DNA of 5,725 nucleotides from a virus (Duplodnaviria; Heunggongvirae; Uroviricota; Caudoviricetes): IMG/VR virus record IMGVR_UViG_2706794692_000009; one strand, 5' to 3'. Shown piece by piece: positions 1 to 5,694 of this stretch (position 1 is its first letter; each line of letters starts with the position of its first letter). The notes under the pieces were generated by a model. It saw only the letters and a program-made list of their open reading frames with translations, ran no database searches and was not told where the DNA came from. The position numbers and the translations under genes were made by a program.

Positions 1-25
1 GGGAAAAATATCATCAGATGGCTGC

Positions 26-199
26 TTAAAAAAAGAACAAATGGTAGTGTCCGCTATTGCCAGTACACCTCAGGGTATAAGGGGTTATGGCCACCGGACT
101 ACCAAACGGCTGCCAGCCCTCTTTCAGTTTATGTGTCAGCTTTTCCGCAAGATCTGACGGCGGCGCCGCCCTGACAACATCATAGTGTTTAAATGCCAT
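26..199 (-). CDS. small phage protein, about 57 aa (MAFKHYDVVRAAPPSDLAEKLTHKLKEGWQPFGSP...); possibly DUF1737-like
   Basis: Six-frame ORF 26..214 on the minus strand. The internal ATG at 199-197 has a purine-rich GGAAAG upstream, whereas the ATG at 214 has none, so the 199 start is preferred. The Y-x-V-x-RA ... L-x-EGWQP-x-G pattern resembles small proteins I recall near lysis genes of lambdoid prophages; the family name is from memory only. Confidence 0.4.
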   Translation of the reverse strand: MAFKHYDVVRAAPPSDLAEKLTHKLKEGWQPFGSPVAITPYTLRCTGNSGHYHLFFF

Positions 200-392
200 G
201 GTTCTTTCCACCATCTGAAAAATAATTCTTTAAAATACCTGACATGTAATACAGAAAAAACACAAAACCATACCTTAAATAAAAACCTGATTATCAAGCA
301 GATATGCATGGATAAACTACAAGACGAGATATAAACCACCCTGCATTTAAATAAACAATAAACAACATCAGAAAAATAATTCTGCTCTATGG

Positions 393-419
393 TTTACATT
401 CAAAAATATCATTTATACT
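393..419 (+). promoter_or_regulatory. candidate sigma70 promoter for ORF 460..795 (TTTACA, 15 nt spacer, TATACT)
   Basis: TTTACA at 393-398 and TATACT at 414-419, about 40 nt upstream of the ORF start. The spacer is short and the region is AT-rich, so a chance match is quite possible. Confidence 0.2.
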
Positions 420-459
420 TTTCAGAACATCACCAGCAAGGCATAAACAAGGAAACTAA

Positions 460-795
460 ATGAAGTGGATTGTGATTGATACAGTTATCCAGCCATCATG
501 CGGAATATCTTTTTCAGTCATATGGAGTAAAATAAAATTAATAATCTGGTATCAATCGGATGCTTTCTTACCTCCTGAAAGTATATTTACACTGACTCAC
601 ACAGGCATCATGCTCAATAACAAAGTGCTACCTGTAACCATTTACAACGTAGTACCATTCAATAAAACATTCTGGAATTCAATCAAAAATAGCCAGGAAT
701 GCCCTACAAATACAGATAACGTATTGAATGAATGCTTTAATAACCGTTGCACTCTGCAAATATGTCCTTATGGACTAAAACAACAAAGTCCATAA
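460..795 (+). CDS. hypothetical protein, 111 aa, opposite strand to the phage operon, in AT-rich DNA
   Basis: A 111-codon open frame in visibly AT-rich sequence, where stop codons are frequent. Good ribosome-binding site AAGGAA at 449-454, 5 nt before ATG 460. No recognisable domain; several Cys and Trp. Confidence 0.35.
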   Translation: MKWIVIDTVIQPSCGISFSVIWSKIKLIIWYQSDAFLPPESIFTLTHTGIMLNNKVLPVTIYNVVPFNKTFWNSIKNSQECPTNTDNVLNECFNNRCTLQICPYGLKQQSP

Positions 796-798
796 GGA
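765..798. repeat. perfect 12-bp inverted repeat (tccttatggact / agtccataagga) with 10-nt loop
   Basis: Arms 765-776 and 787-798 are exact reverse complements. No T-run follows on either strand, so it is not a classical intrinsic terminator. It overlaps the stop codon (793-795) of ORF 460..795, and AGGAG follows at 795-799. Confidence 0.6.
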
Positions 799-823
799 GT
801 TTACTCACATCTGACAAAATCAA

Positions 824-1073
824 NNNNNNNNNNNNNNNNNNNNNNNNNNNNNNNNNNNNNNNNNNNNNNNNNNNNNNNNNNNNNNNNNNNNNNNNNNNNN
901 NNNNNNNNNNNNNNNNNNNNNNNNNNNNNNNNNNNNNNNNNNNNNNNNNNNNNNNNNNNNNNNNNNNNNNNNNNNNNNNNNNNNNNNNNNNNNNNNNNNN
1001 NNNNNNNNNNNNNNNNNNNNNNNNNNNNNNNNNNNNNNNNNNNNNNNNNNNNNNNNNNNNNNNNNNNNNNNNN
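824..1073. other. run of 250 N (masked sequence or assembly gap)
   Basis: Directly visible in the sequence. Confidence 1.
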
Positions 1074-1136
1074 ATATAGCACCCTGACTGATACTGTAGT
1101 ACCTAAGGTTCCAGAAACTGTGATGTATCCGGCACA

Positions 1137-1160
1137 GAAAAGCCCCTCCGGAGAGGGCTG
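1137..1160 (-). terminator. candidate intrinsic terminator on minus strand (GC hairpin then TTTT)
   Basis: Stem ccctc (1144-1148) / gaggg (1153-1157) with cgga loop. The plus-strand A-run 1137-1141 gives a U-tract after the hairpin on the minus strand. The stem is short, so this is tentative. Confidence 0.3.
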
Positions 1161-1398
1161 GAGAGTGGCGCTATGTGCCATTGCATGATGCCGGGTGCCT
1201 CCCGGTGAATTCAGTACCAGCACCTGAATCCGCGATTATCCCATATACCTACTCGCTGATTGCCCCTCCGCACAGGGGGATTCACCATGCCAGTTTCTTT
1301 TAACAAACTCCCCGCAAAACAGACAACTGTCAACCGTCTGAATTGTGAAGTATTTAAAAATTTCTCCCGCTAACTGATACCCGGCTAACAGTCTGGCG

Positions 1399-1597
1399 NN
1401 NNNNNNNNNNNNNNNNNNNNNNNNNNNNNNNNNNNNNNNNNNNNNNNNNNNNNNNNNNNNNNNNNNNNNNNNNNNNNNNNNNNNNNNNNNNNNNNNNNNN
1501 NNNNNNNNNNNNNNNNNNNNNNNNNNNNNNNNNNNNNNNNNNNNNNNNNNNNNNNNNNNNNNNNNNNNNNNNNNNNNNNNNNNNNNNNNNNNNNNNN
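1399..1597. other. run of 199 N (masked sequence or assembly gap)
   Basis: Directly visible in the sequence. Confidence 1.
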
Positions 1598-1710
1598 CGC
1601 CACCAGCACACCGTCAGCCAGCACTGACATTATCCGGCTGCTGCAATGCCATTCACAAAAACAGTAAGCAATCACTTTTTACCGTAACAGGTGATAATCC
1701 AGATATGTAT

Positions 1711-2064
1711 CTACCCCAGATGAGTAATCCGAAGTTCATCCATACCACAGGTCCTGGCTATTCTGTTGTACTCCTGAACAAGAGCAAATAATTCTGAATT
1801 AGCAACCATGAACTCATCGCAAACCCTCTGTATAGCATCACTATTCAGAATAATAACGTCTCTTCCCGAAAGACGATCAGGAGTACAGAACAAAACTGTC
1901 AAACGGCTGAAGGCCTTTGCTCGTGCTGCATTGACTATATCAATACGCTGCCTAAGGATGAAACACCCCGACGCCTCATCAATATTCACTCTACCCACAC
2001 CATATGAATGATAAATATTTAATGCTGAAAAAACCATTAGACCGTATAACAAACACTCAATCAA
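1711..2064 (-). CDS. hypothetical protein, 117 codons (108 aa if started at the first ATG), cargo ORF downstream of the tRNAs
   Basis: Longest open frame in this interval and in the same orientation as the phage operon. The listed start is TTG at 2064 with no convincing Shine-Dalgarno; the first in-frame ATG is at 2037-2035. No recognisable motif. The 67-codon plus-strand ORF 1808..2011 overlaps it antisense. Confidence 0.35.
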   Translation of the reverse strand: MIECLLYGLMVFSALNIYHSYGVGRVNIDEASGCFILRQRIDIVNAARAKAFSRLTVLFCTPDRLSGRDVIILNSDAIQRVCDEFMVANSELFALVQEYNRIARTCGMDELRITHLG

Positions 2065-2174
2065 TACTTAACAGAACTTTTATTTTTGACAAACATAAAA
2101 TATTTTCAACAATATCCTGAGCCAGGTATATTTCAGTATAAGGCTCTGCCGGAAGGAATCTGGAAGAATGAATA

Positions 2175-2251
2175 TGGCGCGCTGTACTGGATTCGAACCA
2201 GTGACCGATTGCTTAGAAGGCAATTGCTCTGTCCGGCTGAGCTAACAACGC
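2175..2251 (-). tRNA. tRNA-Arg (anticodon UCU, reads AGA/AGG)
   Basis: Manual fold of the reverse complement: acceptor GCGTTGT/ACAGCGC (one G-U pair), D-arm GCTC/GAGC, anticodon stem ATTGC/GCAAT with loop CTTCTAA, T-arm ACTGG-TTCGAAT-CCAGT, discriminator G, encoded CCA. 77 nt. Confidence 0.9.
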
Positions 2252-2351
2252 TGAATACCGATAATGGACCGCCATCGGGGACCCGCCCCCGCACCAACAA
2301 CCCTGTTATCGTGTCGTCTGCTCTTCCTGATAAGCTAATGGCGGTTTGTGA

Positions 2352-2427
2352 TGGTGGCCCTTGCTGGATTTGAACCAGCGACCTGGCGATTATGAGTCGC
2401 TCGCTCTCACCACTGAGCTAAAGGGCC
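2352..2427 (-). tRNA. tRNA-Ile2 type (anticodon CAU, presumably lysidine-modified to read AUA); tRNA-Met not excluded from sequence alone
   Basis: Manual fold of the reverse complement: acceptor GGCCCTT/AAGGGCC, D-arm GCTC/GAGC, anticodon loop CTCATAA, T-arm GCTGG-TTCAAAT-CCAGC, discriminator A, encoded CCA. 76 nt. It closely resembles the enterobacterial ileX-type tRNA as I recall it. Confidence 0.85.
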
Positions 2428-2467
2428 GGGAGCCGCATAATAACGACGCGTAATTAATTCTTCAATA

Positions 2468-3526
2468 TCATCCGTTCTGGCTGACTAAATCCTGTACTTC
2501 CCGAACCGTCTGCTCAAAACGTTCAGTCTCCAGCTCAACGCCAATTGCACGACGCCCGAGCGCCAGTGCCGCTTTCACTGTCGAACCCAACCCCATGAAA
2601 AAATCTGCAATCAGGTCACCCGGACGACTGCTAGCGCTGATTATCTGCTGCAGCATTTCTGCCGGTTTTTCGCACGGATGTTTCCCGGGATAGAACTGCA
2701 CCGGTTTATGCGTCCACACATCGGTATACGGCACCTGCACCGTCACGCCAAAATACCGCCGCAGATGTTTATATTCACTCAGCAGCTCCGCATACTGCCG
2801 GTTCAGTGAGGTATACGTATCCACCAGCTGGTGGTGGAGCTTTTCCAGTTCACCACGCCGATGCTTCTCTTCTGCCACCCGGGCAAACAGCGCCTGTAAT
2901 TTCAGATAATCGCTTTCATTCGGCAACTGCCACTGACCGGCACTGAACCAGTGCGACACCATGTTTTTCTTTCCTGTGGCATCTGCAATCTGTTTTGCCG
3001 TTATCCCCAGGGCAGCTCGCGCATCACGAAAGTAAGAAATCAGCGGGGCCATCACATGCTGTTTCAGTGCACTGCCCTTCGCCGCATACCCGGCATCTTT
3101 CGGACGATACGGCCCCTGATAATGTTCCGCGAACAGAATGCGCTCTGTGGCGGGGAAATACGCCCGCAGGCTTTCCTTGTTGCATCCGTTCCAGCGTCCG
3201 GACGGCTTCGCCCAGATAATATGGTTCAGCACACTGAAGCGTTCACGCATCATGATTTCGATATCAGATGCCAGGCGATGACCACAGAACAGGTAAAGAC
3301 TTCCGGCAGGTTTCAGCACCCGCCAGAACTGCGCCAGACACTGGTCCAGCCACTTCAGGTAATCATCGTCGCCCTTCCACTGGTTATCCCAGCCCTCAGG
3401 CTTCACTTTAAAGTACGGCGGGTCCGTGACTATCAGGTCAACAGAATTTTCGGGTAACGACCGGATAAATTCCAGGCAGTCGGCGTTGATTAACTCACAA
3501 CTGGATATTTTTACAGTATTAAGCAT
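2468..3526 (-). CDS. DNA methyltransferase, beta-class amino-MTase (N6-adenine or N4-cytosine), 352 aa
   Basis: Catalytic motif IV DPPY (LIVTDPPY) near the N-terminus and AdoMet motif I FxGxG (DFFMGLGSTV) near the C-terminus, which is the beta-class order. A helix-turn-helix-like insert (ITAKQIADATGKKNMVSHWF) is typical of this family. No adjacent restriction endonuclease ORF is visible, so it looks like an orphan. Target specificity cannot be read from the sequence. Confidence 0.9.
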   Translation of the reverse strand: MLNTVKISSCELINADCLEFIRSLPENSVDLIVTDPPYFKVKPEGWDNQWKGDDDYLKWLDQCLAQFWRVLKPAGSLYLFCGHRLASDIEIMMRERFSVLNHIIWAKPSGRWNGCNKESLRAYFPATERILFAEHYQGPYRPKDAGYAAKGSALKQHVMAPLISYFRDARAALGITAKQIADATGKKNMVSHWFSAGQWQLPNESDYLKLQALFARVAEEKHRRGELEKLHHQLVDTYTSLNRQYAELLSEYKHLRRYFGVTVQVPYTDVWTHKPVQFYPGKHPCEKPAEMLQQIISASSRPGDLIADFFMGLGSTVKAALALGRRAIGVELETERFEQTVREVQDLVSQNG

Positions 3527-3558
3527 GGATCATTAAGCCTGTCTCTGATAGGCTCATT

Positions 3559-3577
3559 CTGCTTTTGCGCAAAGCAG
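3559..3577. promoter_or_regulatory. palindrome ctgcttt-tgcgc-aaagcag in the methyltransferase leader (candidate operator or RNA hairpin)
   Basis: A 7-bp inverted repeat with 5-nt spacer, about 30 nt upstream of the methyltransferase start codon. No U-tract on either strand. Confidence 0.3.
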
Positions 3578-3621
3578 TGGGCCTGAGGTTTGCTTGTGAA
3601 CCCAACGCATGAGCAGATGGC

Positions 3622-3646
3622 TGGTGGGTGCCCCTAACACCCACCA
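3622..3646. promoter_or_regulatory. palindrome tggtgggtg-cccctaa-cacccacca in the methyltransferase leader (candidate operator or RNA hairpin)
   Basis: A perfect 9-bp inverted repeat with 7-nt spacer. No U-tract on either strand, so it is not a terminator. Confidence 0.3.
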
Positions 3647-3666
3647 GCCGCCCATTTACCACAAAT

Positions 3667-3690
3667 AAAAAAGCCTTCACTGCGGAAGGC
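3667..3690 (-). terminator. intrinsic terminator on minus strand (GCCTTC-CGCAGT-GAAGGC then TTTTTTATTT)
   Basis: Perfect 6-bp GC-rich stem followed by a six-T run on the minus strand. The hairpin contains the stop codon of the upstream small ORF. Confidence 0.6.
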
Positions 3691-3874
3691 GTCTGTAACA
3701 ACCGAACTGATAGTCTGCCAGACCCGCCATAACCAGCTGGGTCAGTATTAACTGGCAGCGTTCGCGTGAAAGGTAAGTATTCTGCGCTATCTCCCCGACT
3801 GTCGCCGGTTCGGTAACGCTTAATTCATTAAACACCACTCTGGCGGTTTCTGTCATATCCTGCTGTTTTAGCAT
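3677..3874 (-). CDS. small putative DNA-binding protein, 65 aa, winged-helix-like (PapI/FaeA-like pattern)
   Basis: Ribosome-binding site AAGGAAAGAC immediately before ATG 3874. The segment TVGEIAQNTYLSRERCQLILTQLVMAGL looks like a helix-turn-helix recognition unit. It sits between two intrinsic terminators and directly upstream of the methyltransferase. The family assignment is by eye only. Confidence 0.5.
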   Translation of the reverse strand: MLKQQDMTETARVVFNELSVTEPATVGEIAQNTYLSRERCQLILTQLVMAGLADYQFGCYRRLPQ

Positions 3875-3994
3875 GTCTTTTCCTTTTCCGGTTAACGTGA
3901 CACACCAATAACTCTTGTCGAAAAAGCCAGCAAGCTGAAAGACAGGTATTCACCGCCACCAGCGCGTTTACTGTACTGACGCGATTTCAGTCAT

Positions 3995-4018
3995 AAAAAA
4001 CCCGCTCGGCGGCGGGTT
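3995..4018 (-). terminator. intrinsic terminator on minus strand (AACCCGC-CGCCGA-GCGGGTT then TTTT), candidate tR'
   Basis: 7-bp stem with GC core followed by a T-run on the minus strand, roughly 60 nt downstream of the predicted pR' start site. Confidence 0.6.
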
Positions 4019-4053
4019 GTAGAAACTCTTCTAACGTCAGGCATAAAACGCCC

Positions 4054-4093
4054 ATCGTTATGACGAATTTACCACAGATTCCGGAAAAATCAA
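4054..4093 (-). promoter_or_regulatory. lambda-type late promoter pR' with promoter-proximal pause element (qut region)
   Basis: Minus strand reads TTGATT (4093->4088), 16-nt spacer, TAAATT (4071->4066), cgtcat, then AACGATGGG. As I recall lambda pR' (TTGACT ... TAAATT tgactc AACGATGGG), the -10 hexamer and the AACGATGGG pause element are identical and at the same spacing. It lies immediately after the Q stop codon. Confidence 0.65.
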
Positions 4094-4098
4094 CCTTG

Positions 4099-4920
4099 TT
4101 ACCTAGTTACCTTTTTTAACTGCCGCTCAGCCCATGCTTCTTCAATATCAAACCGGGTCACCAGCGCATCATAAAATTTCTTAACTGTTTTTTCCCATGA
4201 CGCGCGTGTTATCTGGTTTGTCACCTCGCATATAGCATTAAATGCCTCCGTTGATGGTAGTCTTTCATAGCCACGACCACCACAACGCTGGCAGTCTCTG
4301 ATAACAGGCATACCACGTTTTACCGACTCTTCACGATGAATGGCGACACCACGCCCACGGCAATCCTTACAGGCGGTGGAAACCTCACCCTTTCCGCCAC
4401 ACTCCGGACAGGCAACTTTTACCACCTCCCTGACTTTTTTCCATTCTTCCCAGTAAGACGGATACACACCTTTCGTACACTTTGCCCATACCGGCGGCTT
4501 ACCATCCGGATACTGGACCTTGTTTGTAAAAACTACGCTTTCAATAAATTTTTCCCCATAGCAACAAGGGCACTGCTTTTTACTCGCTGCGCTGCGGGCA
4601 TAATCCTCAAAAGCGTACGAAGCCATAATGCGCATCACTACCGGTTTTATTTCTGCCGGAAGTTTTCTCAACGCCGCCACACGATCGCACCGACTGAGTG
4701 CATAATCTGCCAGTAATTCTGTTGCCCGCGCCCTGTCATTCATACTGATGCCCATTTTCCCCAGGAACGCAGAAAACCCCATCTCAGCCCGATTCTGTGT
4801 CATGCCCTGCGCGGCCATCACATCAGTGATACTCAGCGCATCTTTTGACGTTGAGGCCGATGCATCGGTCAGGCAAGGGGATTTTGGGGAGTAGTATTTC
4901 GGTAAATCTTCCAGTTTCAT
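4099..4920 (-). CDS. Q: late-gene antiterminator Q, lambda Q family, 273 aa, with an expanded Cys-rich insert
   Basis: Blocks of similarity to lambda Q as I recall it: KYYSPKSP vs KFHSPKSP, TDVMAAQGM vs TDVMAAMGM, YAFEDYARSAA vs YADYCRSAA, CQRCGGRGYERLP vs CGRCKGVGYSRMP, and C-terminal TVKKFYDALV...VTR vs TVKPLYDALV...VTR. It is followed by a pR'-like promoter. The start codon overlaps the upstream gene's stop (ATGA). Confidence 0.85.
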   Translation of the reverse strand: MKLEDLPKYYSPKSPCLTDASASTSKDALSITDVMAAQGMTQNRAEMGFSAFLGKMGISMNDRARATELLADYALSRCDRVAALRKLPAEIKPVVMRIMASYAFEDYARSAASKKQCPCCYGEKFIESVVFTNKVQYPDGKPPVWAKCTKGVYPSYWEEWKKVREVVKVACPECGGKGEVSTACKDCRGRGVAIHREESVKRGMPVIRDCQRCGGRGYERLPSTEAFNAICEVTNQITRASWEKTVKKFYDALVTRFDIEEAWAERQLKKVTR

Positions 4921-5285
4921 TTTTTGACCTGCTCTTCATGCATTATGGGGTAAATCTTCACCCCCAGACGTCCACCAGATACTGGCTGACCACGAANNNN
5001 NNNNNNNNNNNNNNNNNNNNNNNNNNNNNNNNNNNNNNNNNNNNNNNNNNNNNNNNNNNNNNNNNNNNNNNNNNNNNNNNNNNNNNNNNNNNNNNNNNNN
5101 NNNNNNNNNNNNNNNNNNNNNNNNNNNNNNNNNNNNNNNNNNNNNNNNNNNNNNNNNNNNNNNNNNNNNNNNNNNNNNNNNNNNNNNNNNNNNNNNNNNN
5201 NNNNNNNNNNNNNNNNNNNNNNNNNNNNNNNNNNNNNNNNNNNNNNCACCGTCGGCGGATAAGGTAAAATAAACTCATGGCGCAT
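4917..5285 (-). CDS. rusA: RusA-like Holliday junction resolvase, about 122 aa; middle masked by N-run
   Basis: Only the ends are visible. The N-terminus MRHEFILPYPPTV resembles the RusA start (MNTYSITLPWPPS as I recall) and the C-terminus contains GGRL as in RusA. Size and position immediately upstream of Q fit known lambdoid nin regions. The start overlaps the upstream stop (TGATG) and the stop overlaps the Q start (ATGA). Confidence 0.6.
   Translation of the reverse strand: MRHEFILPYPPTVXXXXXXXXXXXXXXXXXXXXXXXXXXXXXXXXXXXXXXXXXXXXXXXXXXXXXXXXXXXXXXXXXXXXXXXXXXXXXXXXXXXXRGQPVSGGRLGVKIYPIMHEEQVKK
4997..5246. other. run of 250 N (masked sequence or assembly gap)
   Basis: Directly visible in the sequence. 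Confidence 1.
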
Positions 5286-5542
5286 CAGCGCAGCACCTCC
5301 TGCACCAGTTTTTCAAACTTTCCGACTCTGGTTTCCAGCTCTGCCACACAGTCCACCAGCTCATCTACTGCTTTCTGTGCGCGATGCTTCGCCTGCATCA
5401 GTTCCCGAAGCGCGGGTACCATATCTTTACGGATAGCGTCTTTTGTTATGCCCGTTTTTTCGAGTTGTTCAGCATGACGCAGCATTTCCTGCGCGTGTTT
5501 ACGCAATTGTTCAGGGGTAAAAGTCATTGTCTGGTTGTTCAA
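5285..5542 (-). CDS. hypothetical small protein, 80-85 aa, predicted helical or coiled-coil
   Basis: Open frame on the operon strand. The TTG start at 5542 has GGAG 8 nt upstream; the first ATG is at 5527-5525. Its stop overlaps the rusA-like start, suggesting translational coupling. No recognisable family. Confidence 0.5.
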   Translation of the reverse strand: MNNQTMTFTPEQLRKHAQEMLRHAEQLEKTGITKDAIRKDMVPALRELMQAKHRAQKAVDELVDCVAELETRVGKFEKLVQEVLR

Positions 5543-5694
5543 AAGAAACGCTCCATCTTACTGCTGTCAGTTCGTTTATTACTGTATCTGCGCGGATTGC
5601 CGGGCTTCATGGGAGTGGAAAGCACCCGTGCACTTTCCTGGTCCACAGGCAGAAAATGTCCGTAGACTGGCCCCCTGAATCTCCAGACAACCAG

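Noticed and set aside
136-339. 67-codon minus-strand ORF
   Set aside because: It overlaps the better-supported 26..199 ORF in another frame, has no ribosome-binding site, and its product is low-complexity and hydrophobic.
747-1223. ORFs 747..1079 (+) and 801..1223 (-) from the six-frame track
   Set aside because: Their length comes from reading through the 250-N run. Only 25 and 50 real codons are visible, and the minus-strand one passes through a GC hairpin with a non-protein-like composition. A real gene starting near 747 cannot be excluded.
1287-1373. 28-codon plus-strand ORF with a GGGGGA ribosome-binding site
   Set aside because: Too short to call as a gene from sequence alone; mentioned only in the context of the hairpin island.
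1354-1675. ORFs 1354..1611 (-) and 1385..1675 (-)
   Set aside because: Almost entirely N; the visible ends are 14-26 codons with no support.
1808-2011. 67-codon plus-strand ORF
   Set aside because: Antisense to the longer 117-codon frame, no ribosome-binding site, and opposite to the operon direction. It cannot be fully excluded because the 117-codon ORF is itself uncertain.
2065-2351. Possible third tRNA, as in the three-tRNA ileZ-argN-argO loci
   Set aside because: No further T-arm-like GTTCGAA or GTTCAAA box or cloverleaf was found between or beside the two tRNAs.
2086-2373. 95-codon plus-strand ORF
   Set aside because: It runs straight across both tRNA genes on the opposite strand; it is an artefact of tRNA sequence being open in this frame.
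2951-3457. Plus-strand ORFs 2951..3457 and 2995..3219
   Set aside because: Antisense frames inside the methyltransferase gene, with Arg/Pro/His-rich composition typical of antisense reading.
3519-3701. 60-codon minus-strand ORF spanning the intergenic leader
   Set aside because: It overlaps the end of the small ORF and the start of the methyltransferase in other frames and runs through the terminator and palindromes; no ribosome-binding site.
4336-5267. Plus-strand ORFs 4336..4716 and 4845..5267, and minus-strand ORF 4958..5278
   Set aside because: The first is antisense within Q. The other two depend on N read-through; the 4958..5278 frame is the wrong frame relative to the RusA-like ends.
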